From Octopus sinensis (taxonomy: Eukaryota): DNA of 64,000 nucleotides. Numbering within the stretch: position 1 is the first letter of the stretch; each line of letters starts with the position of its first letter. Made by a program: the position numbers and the translations under genes. This document shows, one piece after another, positions 11,364 to 25,131 of the stretch. The notes under the pieces were generated by a model. That model searched no databases. It saw only the letters and a list, made by a program, of their open reading frames with translations, and was not told the origin of the DNA. The stretch is from positions 100,316,001 through 100,380,000 of the forward strand of contig NC_042997.1 in NCBI RefSeq assembly GCF_006345805.1, written 5' to 3'.

Positions 11364-12679
11364 TCTAATACTAGATGTTATTGAAAAGAATCAAATTCTG
11401 CCTAGCTAAGTCACTGAGTGAATTCCAGTTCTATGTCGTTTGTCAGTTAGGTTCCTTCTAGCTATGAATAAAATGACTTTTAATACTGAGCAGTGGGGTG
11501 GGGTGCATGGCGTAGTAATTACAGTGTTGGACTCATGATCATAAGATAGTGATTTCAATTCCTGGACTGTGCAATGCATTGTGTTCTTGAGTAAAACACT
11601 TCTTTTCACATTGCTCCACTCCATCCAGCTGGTAAAAAAGAGGATCTCTTTGATGTCCCATCCAGAGAATGTACACACCAGAAAAACTGAGAAACTGGCT
11701 CTATGCTCCTTCAGAGTGAATTAACCATATATCATGATCACATATCCAAACCACTGCATAGATCCAGACAATGATTTTGCTACACAGCCACTTTGCACAC
11801 AACCTTTCACAAAAGATAACTCAAATTTTACATATTCAAAGGAACACAATTTGTTCCATTTCAATCACTGCATTTATTGCTATATATCAGGTTTCTTATA
11901 CATATATTACCTTACTTATAGCTTAAACAACATACTAGTACTACTACAACATTTGTCACAAATTGTACTTGGTTAAAACAAACCATATAAAGAGTTCTCA
12001 GTGTTCATTGAATTCTATTTGAGATATGCCACATCTTTTGCTTACACATTAACCTCACTAATTACACAGTATTAAATTCCAGCTTTATAACTTACAGATA
12101 ACTAATAACCAAGGAGGGGTCTGTACACAGTTGCTCAATCTACTAAAAATAGTTGCCTTCCCTCCTTCAAATCCCATTTTGAAACAGGAAGAACACACAA
12201 AATGTAATTTCAGAAACAGTGAATAATAGGATTGTCACAAATGGAATGCTTTTGATCATAGGTTTGCAGGATTAGGGTTGACCTCGGGCTAAGCAAGTGT
12301 TGGGGTGAGAGTAATGGAGATAGACGGAAGAGGAAGTCAAAGATTAGTGTGAAGGAGAAGGAGATAAATTGGTAAAGGGTGAGTTATATAGGTGGTCCAT
12401 CTGCCCAGCCAACATCAGTTGGACAGTTTGTCATTGTACAATAGTATATTAAAAATAATGGTTGTGCTAAATAGCATATTGCTTTTAACATATGACACTT
12501 TAAAAAATTCTGTAATAGTCTTCCAATTTATTATTACTCATCATCTTTTAACAACTGTTTTCTATGCTGGCAAGGTGCACCATGTTCCAGTCTGATTTGA
12601 CTTGGTTTCTACAGTTGGATGCCCTTCCTAACACCAACCACTTTACAGAGTGTGATGGGTGTTTTTAAACTGTTTATAG

Positions 12680-13005
12680 GCATGGCTGTGTAGTAAGAAG
12701 TTTACTTTCCAACCACATGGTCCCACTGCATAGTACCTTGGGCAAGTGTCTTCTACTACAGTCTTGTAAGTGGATTTGGTAGATGGAAACTGAAAGAAGT
12801 CTATAATATATATATATGTATGTGTGTCGTCTTTGTCCCCCACCACTGCTTGACAACCAGCATTGGTGTGTTTACATCCTCACAACTTAGCAGTTCAGCA
12901 AAAGAGGAAAATAGAATTAGTATTAAAAACAAAAAGTCCCAGTATCAATTTGTATGACTAAAACTCTTCAAGGTGGATCCTCAGCATGACCGAAACAAAT
13001 GATAA
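12680..13005 (+). mobile_element. Composite tRNA-SINE (head + microsatellite spacer + second module); further copies at 29012-29346(-), 31043-31455(+), 39645-40098(+), 42762-43150(-)
   Basis: Head gctgtgtggtaagaag...ggttcagtcccac...ccttgggcaagtgtc...ggaaactgaaagaagc, then (TA/TG)n, then ttgacaacc..tggtgtgtttac...ggcaaaagagaccgatagaataag...ccagcatggcc.cagtcaaatgactgaaac. Head-only copies at 8577, 30560, 33280, 37178(-), 61590; tail-only copies at 35130, 44225. Confidence 0.8.
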
Positions 13006-14977
13006 AAAATATTATGATATGTCATGTATCAGAAATCTACACTTAAGTGCTCACTTCCTCTGACATCCAGGTCTCAGATCAGTTATAGTGCATGTGAGTT
13101 TCTTTTAACCCTTTAGCATTCAGATTACTCTGTCAAATGTAAAGCGTATTTATTCACATTGTTCTAAATTAATCATGCATTATCTCATGGCTTGAAGATC
13201 CTGATGCTGATCATCATCATCATCGCTTAGCGTCCGCTTTCCATACTGGCATGGGTTGGACGGTGCAACTGCTGTCTGGGAAGCCTGCACCAGGCCCAGT
13301 CTGATCTGGCAATGTTTCTACGGCTGGATGTCCTTCCTAATACCAACCACTCCATGAGTGTAGTGGGTGCTTTTTACGTGCCAGACGAGGCTGGCAAACG
13401 GCCACGGTTGGATGGTGCTTTTTACATGCCAGCGGCACGTCGCTGGAAGGGCCACGTTCGGATGGTTCTATGTGCCACTGGCATCACAGCTACGTGATTG
13501 TTAATTCTTAGAATGACATTAGAGTGAGGAGCTGGATTTGGCCAGTTCAAACATAAAACAGGTAGAATATTTGGACTGGATATGGCCCCTTTAAATGCTA
13601 GAGCATTGTTTTTTTTGTTTTTTTACTAAATCATTATCTAATACATAATGAAAACTTGTTCACTTTTCGAAAAACAAATGAATATGAATGGGGATTCTAA
13701 TCTCGTCTGTTTTTTTTTCCATTTTAGTAGCTATTTCTGCTTGCCAGATTGTCAGTTACCCCATTTTGATATAGTGTTAACCAGACTATTGTCACTAACA
13801 ACTGTTGATCATGGTGCACTTCCAGTTCTTTTTTAATTGGGCTCTTCTTTTCCATCTTGGCCCTAATTCTTTTACTAAATCATCTTCTCACTGTTGTGAA
13901 AGCCTTCCAAGTGGCCTTTTTTGATCTCTTGGATACCACCCAGCAACTGTACAGTTTTATCTGTTTGTCTGTGAACCTTGTGACATGTCCAGCCCAAAAG
14001 AACTTGTACTTCTGATATTTTGTGATTATGTTGTTCACTCTGATGTTCTCGAATCACCTTATTTTGGGTTTGTTCTTACAATGACATTCCAAGCATAGAA
14101 CTTTCCATGGCCCTTTGTATTGTAGTCAATGTCTTTCCCATTTCATATGTTCCAATTCTCACTTGCATATAAGAACACACTTAGGATGGTGCCATTTAAG
14201 AGACTAGTACATAAGGTTTTGTCCAGTTTTGGTTTGAGCACATCTTTTATTGAGGTAAAGATCTACTGTCCTGCCTTTATTCTTGAGATTTCAGCATCCA
14301 TATGTATTTATTATGTGCCCCAAAGAGGCATACTCCTTTATCACCACGGAAAAGAAAAAAACCCAACTTCAATTGAAATGACAACAATGTCCTTTAGGAT
14401 GTTTAAGTGGTTAGAACATCAGACCTTGGTGATAAAATAAAGGTTCCATGTTGAATTCTTAATCTAACATGAGAATATTACCTGAAGATACTACGAGATT
14501 ATACTGATTGAAACATGTCAGCATAAACATAAAAAGGCAACTCATCTCAGAAAAATATAGGGATCATAATCTTAAATTTTGTTAATAATCTTTCTTTCAT
14601 CCTTTCAAGTTAAAGGGAAATTGAAAAATAAAACTCCTGTTTAACTCTAAAATTTGTTTTGGAACAGTATTTTTAATTCTGCAAATTATACTGGTTCCAA
14701 CCTAGACAGTGTTTATTTGCTAATAATTTATATTACACATTTATAGCACAAATCAGATTTACAAATTTGTTTTGAGCATAGTTGTTATATTTTTTTTTTG
14801 TCAAATTTCAATGCTTGAACTATGGGAAAGACAATCCATACATACCTAGATCTTGTCTTATTTGAATACTGTTGTCCCTGTTTTAGGTATGGTCTAATAA
14901 TGTCAACTACTATCTGATTTGACTGACTTCCTGCCGGTCTGGAAGGGATAGTAAAGTATAGGGAGCACTGACCTTAA

Positions 14978-15194
14978 CCATTTGATACCAACCTGCCTCA
15001 GACTGCCCCTAGTTCTACAATACAAACTTTCTGTTCTAAAATCATCTAAATTAAAACCTGTCATCAAAATTTCTTGTTAATTTATGTTCCAGACACCAAC
15101 TTAACAATAACAAAGTTATTTTACTAAATTCTTTGTTATTTTCAAAAATAATTGAAACAAAAACAGAGTATTTCGAAATATGGTAACAAAAGGA
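14978..15194. mobile_element. TTAA-flanked MITE family 2 (ends CCTTTTTGATACC...GGTAACAAAAGG); copies at 19711-19923, 24565-24782, 35913-36284
   Basis: Four alignable ~215-bp copies with imperfect TIRs and flanking TTAA. Confidence 0.7.
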
Positions 15195-15720
15195 TTAAAC
15201 TTGAGAGCAAAGGTAAAAATGAATGTGCATTACATTTGTAGAAAAGAAAAACACTGATAAACCTCTGCTTAAACACATTTCTCTATCATTCCTCCCTAAA
15301 ACTATAGCGTTTTGCAATTTCCTCCCCACTCAACAGAAGTCCCAACTGAACATCAATCTCACCTACCAAGATGGGCTTATAAAGGCCATGGACACTTTTG
15401 TTAGATTTAATTCATTGTTGTTCAATTTGTCCTGCACCAAAATATATCCATGTTCTCAGTAATCATTGAAGGACTTTTATATTTATTAGCTCCCAGTTTT
15501 CATTGTCATGCATACATAATCTGATTTTTGTTTTCCATATAAAAACAAAATATTATTTAAGTAGATAAAGCTTATCCACAAGTTTCGAGAAACCTCATAT
15601 CCTAAGGATAATATCAGCGACACAAACTTTTATGTAAATTATATCCTCTACTTTATATGTATATGACCTGGAAAAGAATGTAATTTTAAATGCGACGAAC
15701 TAATTTTTACATAACTTTTG

Positions 15721-15756
15721 GAAAAAGAAACAGAACACAATTTTTTTACTTTTATT
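15721..15756 (-). terminator. Candidate polyadenylation signal plus downstream GU-rich element
   Basis: Minus strand reads AATAAAagtaaaaaaaaTTGTGTTCTGTTTCTTTTTC. Confidence 0.5.
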
Positions 15757-18700
15757 ATATTTATTGATATTTTTGCTGTTATTTTGTTTCTTATTTACTG
15801 TCACTTCCAGATTTTTACAAGAATACAGTGTACAAAACTGAAGATACAGACAGACAGTGAAAAATGTTAATTAAATAGTGTTTGTGAGGTGTCTCTAATT
15901 AAGCAATAAATAAAAATAACTTACAAATAAAAATTGTGATAATAAAAAGTCACAGAAAGAAACAAAAGACAAAAAAGACAAAAAAAAACAATCAAAATAA
16001 ATCATTCCTATCTCCCCCCAGGGTAATGCATAGCCTCACATCTGTCAATTAGTTGCCAAAACTGACAACTTTAAAATTAACCGCTTGTCTAGCAAGGGTG
16101 CTGAAGATTCAAACATCTACATTTTCTTAATAATAATCATAAAGAACAAGAGATAATAATATAAAGTATATAAAAGAATTTTTTTATAAATAAAATAAAC
16201 AGGTTCTTGTTTCAGTGGATATGACAGGAGAAATAAGAATAATAACAACAAGTAATTATTGTCTTAGTAGGGAAAGTAGGTGCAGCTACATTTCTTTTAA
16301 TTTGAAGTGACATCATGGGATCAAGAGAACTTTTGGAGCTGTCCCGTATATAAATTGCCAATCAACCTTTATCTTTGAGCACTCGCTAAAAAATTGAGGT
16401 TAGTGCAAACAGATCATTTGTGAATATGGAGGTAAAACAGCAAATGAAAACATGGCAAAATAAATACGCCAGCTATATTTAAAAGCCTAATATGAGAAGA
16501 CTTATAGTGAAGGGAGACTACACAAGCTTCATTAGTTGGAAAATTTATGAAGAGAAATGAAAATTATATTGGTCTATGTATTAATGTCATCTAAACTAAA
16601 GAATTAGAAATATAGAATGTAATTAAACAATTCTTAATTGAAATGGAAAATAAAATTAAAACAAGGAAGACTTAAGAGTTTTGTCCGACATTTTTGAATC
16701 ATTTTGTTTTTCTAAACACTTTAGAAACAAATATAATAGTAATTTGCAATAAAAGTAATATTAAAATAATAATAGTAGTAGTAGTAGTAATAGTAGAGGA
16801 AAATAAATTTAGAAAGGAAAAGAACCATGCTTATTATCTGTATAGAGGAAAAAAAGAGTAAGTCATAAGCCAATGACAAAAATGGTGCTAAGAGAAAGGA
16901 AAACTAATTCTTATGAAAAGCAACTGCATAGTGATTTATACTAGAGTTGATAGTTTCTAAAAGTCATGACACCAGACAAATGCACAGTGTATGTAAATGT
17001 CTGAACTGCACATGTATATGAAGTGTTGAATTAAGAAAATGAAGGGAAAAAACCCCAGCTTGGTTGACTGAAAACAAAAACTGCATTGGCCATATTCTTG
17101 TTACAAAATAATCTAGTATGATGTTGTAAAACTAAAGAGACAGAAAACAGCAAAACAAAGGAAAATATAAAAGTGAAAGAATTCAAAGTCACAAATGAAC
17201 GAAAGGTATTATTTTTTTCATTAAATGACGGCAACTAATCTGACAAGGTTTAATAAATTTTTCTGCCTTTTCATTAACTACTTTGGTATTTGCTTTAACG
17301 AATCAAATTATTGATATGCCAAAAGTAAAAACAATTGGCAAAGTTGCAGCTGGGCTAATAAAAATCCATGATGGTCTGTTAGCAAGAGTGTAAGAGTTTA
17401 AATAAGTAATAAGAGACGTTATATATGTGTTTGTGTGTGGTGTGTATACATGTATGTATATATATATATATACATACATACATACACACACACACAGAGA
17501 TGCACATGTATGTGCATATCATATATATATATATATATATATACGTAAAATGCAGACACACATCTATACATGAGTATGTATGTGCATGCATATTTATACA
17601 CAGATAATTATGAATATGTATACAAGCATTTGTATATATGTGTGCATATAGATATGCATATGTATACACAGACATATAAATATCAATTTATCTATATATA
17701 TATATATAAAAAAAAAAGGAATTTTTAATTCATGACAAAACTGAACACAAATGACAATTTATTTTCCAGCCTTCTGATAGCATTAAATTATTATTTAAAT
17801 GACCAAAAGGATGAAAATGGTATTTTCTCAAGAGAAATAGAGTAGAGGAAAGTTTATAAGTATACATGCTATTGGAGAAAAACAAATCATCATGCAAAAC
17901 TAAATATATAAAAAAAAAATTATTACAAAACTGTGAATGAATATTAAAATACATCACAGGAAATTTAACTGCATTACACTGTTATGGCCTAACACCTTTT
18001 AGATAAAAGCAATTTTGAGAAGTGTCAGTTCGTAACAGAAAATGAAAGGAATTATAATAATTGCTCAGAGAATAAATTATTACCAGACAGTTTGATTAAA
18101 CTTTCATGATTAAGACCATTCCCCACATTATAAACACTTTGAGGAAAAGTATAGATGGAATAAATCAGACTGTAAAATACACTATCAGGGCTTATACTTC
18201 TTAAATGAATGGAAACACAGAACATATGTGTGTGTGTGTGTGTGTTTATATGAAGATGAAAATAACCCCTTAGGCAAATGTTAGATCACATTCAAACTAA
18301 CAGCTTCATAGTGAGAAATAGCAATTAGGATTAACTTACTAGATGATACAGTAATAGGGATATTAAATTTGAAAAAAAAAAAAGAAGTACAAAGCAACAG
18401 ATATGCATATTTATAAGTATATTAATATTACAATAGCAAAAAATCACAATAACTCCATGTATAGCATGAACTTTACATGCCCTCAGTGAAGAATTTGAAA
18501 TATTAACGTAATGTGAAAAACTTAAACCCATATATATGATGAAGAAAGAAATAAGTACTGAGAGAACCAGTAAATAATTGAAGACGTTTAATTCAATACT
18601 TTGGTTCAAGGGGAAATTTTTTTTAAACATTAGCATTAATAATTAATTAAATGTTTACTCTCTGCTTAGCAAGTTCGAAAATACAGAGATTTATGATGTT

Positions 18701-19530
18701 AATTTTTTTTTTCCAAAATTAATACAGCAGAGGGCAAAATGTGCAACACTTGAAGCAAGTTAAGGAAATCTTGGAAATGACACTAACAATGACAACAGTT
18801 GTTAAAAGCCAATAATATCATAAACAAAAAGAAAAGAAAAAAAAAATAAAGAAAAAAAAAGCAAAGACAATGACAGTGAGACGATTTTTCAAAAACATGA
18901 AGCTAAAACTTTCCATTTTTGTAGGTGGGTAGGTTACTTTGTATTTGAATAAATTGCAAAAAAGCAAATAACTAATGTTGTAGTATAACATTTTTTGGTT
19001 TGTAGAATCTGTAATATTTTCTTTAAAAGCTTAAGCAATATTTTGTTTGCTGCTTTAGAGAATCCTCTCTAACACAACGAATAAAACAATAGGGCTTTTT
19101 ATGTTTTTTCATAGTCTATTCAATCATTTTAAATCATGAATAAGGCTGCTAGAAAAAGACAATTTTAAAGGTGCTTTAAATATGACACTTACACATGACA
19201 AGATACAATACCAGTGGACAGGTAATATCCAGAACACAAGAATACTCTTATAGCAGCAAAATACGACAATGAAGTTCCAAAATAAAATAGAAAGACACCA
19301 AATTTTGAATTGGAACCTGTCAGACTAGTTGCCCATGATGTAAATTGATAAAAAGTTTGTGTAAAAACTTAACATGCTCATGCATAGTATACAACCATCC
19401 ATATCCAGCAGTCCATTCATTCACCTATAACACATAACATTGAGTAGATAAATTAGGAAACATAAGTTAGATGGAGCCGCTATGATACCAATTTACAGCG
19501 TGAGGCTATGTAACTCCCTGGGTAATATGG
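15740..19530 (-). other. Probable long 3' UTR of the TRBP-family gene
   Basis: About 3.8 kb AT-rich with no recognisable TE (one microsatellite at ~17420-17710). Ends at AATAAA (15756-15751) followed by a GU/U-rich tract (15740-15721). Confidence 0.55.
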
Positions 19531-19667
19531 TTATGTCTTATTAACAGCCTTCAAATACTGCAGCGCATTATGAGCAGCCTTACCATGCCCTTCTTCCACA
19601 GTTGGTCCCGTCCCGTGGCACACAGCAACAGGGACGACTGTCATTTGGACAAAACATTGGAAGAAAC
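19531..19667 (-). CDS. TARBP2: TRBP-family last coding exon, dsRBD3 C-part (GFFQCFVQMTVVPVAVCHGTGPTVEEGHGKAAHNALQYLKAVNKT*)
   Basis: tttcag acceptor. QC..Q..PVAVCHG..AAHNALQYLK matches the Dicer-binding dsRBD3 of TRBP/PACT/Loqs. TAA at 19533-19531. Confidence 0.95.
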
Positions 19668-19946
19668 CTGAAACAAGAAAACAAACAGCTCTGAAGTTTT
19701 TACAATTTAACCTTTTTGATACAACCCCGCATTCTATGAAACAAACTCCCTGTCTTAAAGTGACCTTGATAAAAATCTTGCATCAAAATTTCATGTTAAT
19801 TTATGTTTCAAACACCAGCTTAATAATAATTCAAGTTATTTTCATAAATTCCTGATAATTTTCAAAATTAATAGATAGCTACAAAGACAGTGTAATATCT
19901 ACAATAATATGGTAACAAAAAGATTAAACATAAAATATATCTGTAA

Positions 19947-20165
19947 CCCTTTAGCATTCAATTATCTTTATCAAATGTAAAGACTATTTATTCACATTGC
20001 TTGAATTAACTATTCATTATCTCATAGCTTTGACATTTCAATGATGCAATTGTTTATTTTTAGAATGACATTGTAGGGTATGTGTGAGAGGCTAGATCTG
20101 GCTGGTTTGAACATAAAACAGATAGGATATTTTGGCTGGATATGGCCAGTTTAAATGCTAAAGGG
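19947..20165. mobile_element. TTAA-flanked MITE family 1 (ends CCCTTTAGCATT...AATGCTAAAGGG); copies at 13109-13603 (interrupted), 26744-26964, 41128-41420 (two, inverted), 57874-58093
   Basis: Terminal inverted repeats with CCC/GGG ends abutting TTAA at 13105, 20166, 57870 and 58094. piggyBac-like assignment is by inference. Confidence 0.75.
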
Positions 20166-20338
20166 TTAATATAATACAATAAGTTTACATATGTGTTATA
20201 TAGCTGTATTAAAATTGCATACCAAAAGACACTTATATTAACAGAAATAGGTCTCTAATGTTTAAAAGTATTTACCTAGCTTCTAACTGAAAATATAACT
20301 TCATTGAAAAAAGGGAATTTGAGATAAAAAGAACATAC

Positions 20339-20582
20339 CTTCAGTGGTTCTCTCTGAAAGGTCGTGATAAGTCAACATGAAACGTTGTACTTCAGCAATT
20401 TCTTGTAACATCTGGCAATAGTTCATTTTCACATCCATGCAAGAATTGTTCTTCTTAGCACTAGAATTGACTACTTTGTCATAAAATTGTTGAATTTCTT
20501 TGTCTATTTGTTTAGGTTTAGAGTAAGAATGACTAACACGCTCCTTTAGGTGTGAATAAAATGAAAGCCTTGGTTCTGAACT
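20339..20582 (-). CDS. TARBP2: TRBP-family exon, linker and dsRBD3 N-part (...NYCQMLQEIAEVQRFMLTYHDLSERTTE-G)
   Basis: ttaacag acceptor and gtatgt donor; 244 nt, open, phases 0 and 1. NYCQMLQEIAEVQRF is typical of the type-B dsRBD3. Confidence 0.92.
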
Positions 20583-23489
20583 CTGTTAAAAGATAGCATT
20601 AAAAAATTTTCTTAAATTAAGAAGATCTAGAGGAAAATTCAAAGCATGTAAAAATTCCTTTAAAATGTAGTCGTTTTTGTTTCTAAAAGTTATAACAAGT
20701 CTAGTTGATAGGATAGCAACATATCAATTGAAGAAATCATTGTTTTCTACTTATCACAATAATATTTGCTTGGTAATTTAAAACTTTCTATGCCCACCCT
20801 GTCCATCTTGCTGTGATTAGATATACATGTGAGATGGGTTTTACCTACTGACCTATCCTGGATACTCAACATCATCATCATTTAGCATCCACTTTTCCAT
20901 GCTTGCATGGGTCAGACAGTTTATTTGAGGCAGTTTCCAAGTAATATAATATTTCCCCAAAGCCAGAAATGTTCTTTCAAGATATTAGAAATGAATGACA
21001 TTGCTTGTATGAAAATGATACTGAGTCACAACTTTCACACCATGTCAAGATAAGGACGGACAGACGGAGGACACACACACACACAAAATGGGCTTCTTTC
21101 ATTTTCTGTCTAATAAATCCACTTACTAGGTATAGTCGAAGGCATTTGACACAAGAAAGCAAAATCTTCAAGAAGTATCCTTATGCCTTAGTGGTTTGTA
21201 TGAATCAAATTATCAAGGTAACATGAACATACAAAGCTATTTGTATCTGCAGTAAACATTTTACATTTGGATCTTTTTCCTTCTGCTACCCAGTTTGGAA
21301 TGGTAAGGAAGCAGCCATGACTAAATTTATATGCTTACATGTGAATATTCTGTAAAAATGTCAGAAAACATTTAAACAGAGACAAGACAACATATTGTGG
21401 CCAGTGCCGGTGACATTTAAAAGCACCCACTACACTCTGTGAGTGGTTGACGTTAGGAAAGGAAACCAACCCAAAACAGACTGGATTCCAGTTCAGTTCT
21501 TCGATTTACCAACTCAGTCAAACCATCTTACTCATACTAGCATGGAAAACATACTAAATGATGATGAAAAAATCAGAGACGACCCTTTGCAACATTTAAA
21601 TAGCCTAACAGAAAAATAGTTTTAATAATTATTTTCTTGTCAGTATCATACACAGACATGAATGTGAGAATTGATAGATGGGTAGACAAAATGTCTTGCA
21701 TTATTTATGACATCTTATGTTCTTAATTTGAATCCCACTGAGGTGCACATTTCATCCTTCTGGAATCAATAAAATGGCACCTGTCAAGTACTGAGATAAT
21801 ATAAGGCAGTTTGACAAAATGACAGCATCAAGAGTTAGGAATAGAATAAAAATGCCATTCCAATTATGAAAATGAATTTTCATCCTCATTTAGTAGAGGG
21901 AGATTTTTTCCTTTTCCTCACTGTTCTGTGCCAGTGACAGGAAAAAAAGGCAAAGAAAAAAGAAAAAGAAAAACCCAAGTACACTCTTTAAAGTGGTTGG
22001 TATTAGGAAGAGCATCCAGTTGTAGAAAACATACCAAAGATGACACTGAAGTCCAACACAGCATTATGGTTTGCCCAATCCTGTCAAACTGCCCTTCCCA
22101 TGTCAGCATGGAAAGTAAACATTAAATGATGATGATGATGATTAAAATATACAGTGGAATCACGTACAGGAGCAGCATTAAGCATACCATCCATATTAGT
22201 GATGGAAACAGTGGAAGAGTGGTTATCAGGGATTGTTCTGATGAAAATGGTTAAATTCTTATGATACCTAATTCATATTGGATACAGTGCCAAGTGGGAG
22301 ATATAGAGAAATTCCATTTTACCCAAAAATTATTTCTGCTGTGCATATTAAGAGTTTGGTAAAAGGTTGACATGTTGAAATTCAGCAGAGATGGAAATCA
22401 ATTAAGAAACTGATGCTACAATTATTTTACTGTGCATATATGCTTTGTTTTTGACTGGATCAAAAGAAAGAGGTATGTTAGAATATTGTCAACGGCTCAT
22501 GTATCAAGGTGTTTATAATTGTCAAACACTTTAATAGTTAGTCATCACTATCTCCATTATCACTCATTCCCTGAACCATCAAACTTACCATTTTATCACT
22601 CCCTCTTCCTCTTTTATGTCACTCATGCTGTTTTTCTGTTCAATCTATTTACCAACATGTATCTGCACTTCACCTATCTCTTTCATTAGAACCTCCTCCA
22701 TCACGCTATTTCCTTGATCATAGGCTCTTTTCTATAACCACTCTGCCCCAGTTTTCTCACTTTCTACAATCTCTATTCACTCTATCAGTCATATTGCCTA
22801 CAAGATACAGAGACGATGTAGAACAGGGCTCTGTAACCAGTAGGTTACAGTGCTGCTACCATAACAAAATGCACCCAGGACACTGTAAGATGATTGGTAT
22901 TAGAAACTATGTCAGAAATGGAGTAAGTGAAACAGGGTTTCTGATCCATCTATAAAGGCATTAAAAACTCCACAAGTCATAGAGCGTAAATGACCTGCTC
23001 AAGCAATACCAACATGGAAAGCAGACATAAAATGATGATTGTAAACAAACGTTGCAGTTGATGTATTGATCAAATTACATCCTCTTTTTCAGTTGAATGT
23101 AAATTTTAGGCTATCTCTTTTTCTGTACAGAATATCTTCATATAAGGACACACAAATTAAAACACACCAAAGTTATCATAGAACAGGTGGATCCCTGATG
23201 AACCATTAGAAACCATCAAGCTGTTTTTTTTTGTAAGCAAATATCCGAACATATTCCTTCTAATATCAACCATAATTAATTACTTGACCAAAATAGACAA
23301 TGTAAAGAAATTTGAACAAGCTCATAGGCAATACCCAAGTAACCCGCCGTTTAGCATAAATCTTCTAAGTTCAGTAATGGATGTATAAAAAGAAAATTAA
23401 ATTTAGGTAATTTTGTGCTGAGAACAGTTTACTTTAGGAAAAACATATTGGAAATATTTAATAACTGCAAAATATGCTGCTTTACTTAC

Positions 23490-23620
23490 AAGAGGGATCT
23501 CATCTTCTTCAGAATCCTCGATGACAGGAGTATTGGTGCCTTCAGCTTGTAGGCTTTGGATACGCAACAGCATAGAGTGGGCAGCAGCTCGTTTTGCACT
23601 TTTCTTGGAACGTCCAGTAC
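23490..23620 (-). CDS. TARBP2: TRBP-family exon, dsRBD2 C-part and linker (GTGRSKKSAKRAAAHSMLLRIQSLQAEGTNTPVIEDSEEDEIPL)
   Basis: SKKSAKRAAA motif; cttag acceptor and gtaagt donor; 131 nt, phases 1 and 0. Confidence 0.95.
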
Positions 23621-24961
23621 CTAAGAATACAATATAACAATTAAATCAAAAATAGGATATAAAACTATGTTTAGATTAACAACAAGACAAAAACTCATAA
23701 AAAATTCTTTTAAATTCTTCTTACTTCATTCTGAAAAGAGAACTAGATTAAAAATACTGAGTTCAAAAGTACACAATAGTACATATGCTACTAATTTTCT
23801 AGTTGTAAATAGAGAAAGTAACTAATAAAATATTACAAATTTCGATGCCCACCCTAACAATCCTACATGGATACATTCTTATGCTAAGCTCGGCAATGTT
23901 ATATTTTTTTTTTTACATAAAAGCAACATCTGATGCTCCTAATTTCCAACCACTCTCTTGAATTATTTTAGTTCAGTAAGTTGGTCTAACATAAATTAAT
24001 GAGAATTATAACAGGTATTTACTGATAAAATTTTTTGACATTCCTATAGGATGGGTAGGTCCACACAACAACCTCTCCTTTATCTCTTCAGTACTTTATC
24101 CAACCTAAGCTCACTTCAGAAATCAAGTCTTAATCTAATTCCTTCATTGGTGGGTGACACAGGGTGGAAGAATATCTAGTTACAGCCTAATGTACTTGCT
24201 ATTTTACAATAAGCTTCTTTAGATTTATACAATGATTTGAAATCTATTAGCCCTAAACAATTAGCTACTGAAAATACATATTTCAGCATTGTCTGCATCC
24301 AAATACACATTTCAGATCTCATTGTGAGAATATAGGTTGAATACAAAAAACAAAAAACAAAATCAATAATTGGCGAGTTAGCAGAAATTTAAGACAGAAG
24401 GTTGATTTGTGGAAACTGGTAGCAAGTCTGTCTAGGTTATAGAAGATGCACAATTTGAATCTGCAGGTAGTTTTCTGCCACTTTTTTTCCACATGAAGGG
24501 TTTTTAACTGAATGTATTATAAGCTATTATCTATAGCTTTATATGTTCTGAGGTACATCATTAACCTTTTTGATACCAACCTATCTAAGATCACCCCTAG
24601 TTCTATGATACAAACCTCCCATTTTAAAGTGATCTAAATTGAATTCTTCCAAAATTTCATGTTAATTTATATTTCAATCACTAGTTGAATAATGACAAGT
24701 TATTTTACTAAATTCTTCATTATTTTGAAAATTTATGAAAATAAAGCAAGTCTATTTTAACAGAATTAAGGTAACAAAAGCATTAATAAGAAATTATTCA
24801 AATATATTTTATTCGTTATACCTAACAAAAATATTTTATAAATTTTTTAAATTTGGGGAAATTTCCATGACCTCAAGAGTCTACTGGTATTAGAATTAAT
24901 CAATTTTTAGCAATTTAAAAATAGCCAAAAGTAAAGATAACAAAAAATTAAGAAAACAAAC

Positions 24962-25131
24962 CTCTTTCTTGGAATTTGCCAAGCTTAACAGTGCAGTAAA
25001 ATTCACGAGCATGAGGTGGACCCTGTGGGCTATCTAGGTCATAAATAGGGGGTCGGATGAGATTTTTTTGTGCAAATTCTTGCAGTTCACCAATTGGATT
25101 TCCAGGAATGCCTTCTTCTGAAACAGGTGAT
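24962..25131 (-). CDS. TARBP2: TRBP-family exon, dsRBD2 N-part (SPVSEEGIPGNPIGELQEFAQKNLIRPPIYDLDSPQGPPHAREFYCTVKLGKFQER-G)
   Basis: NPIGELQE and GPPHAREF motifs; AG/GT boundaries; 170 nt, phases 2 and 1. Confidence 0.95.

Noticed and set aside
22150-22500. Faint RT-like peptide (VRTGAALSIPSILVME)
   Set aside because: Too degenerate to support a call without a database search.
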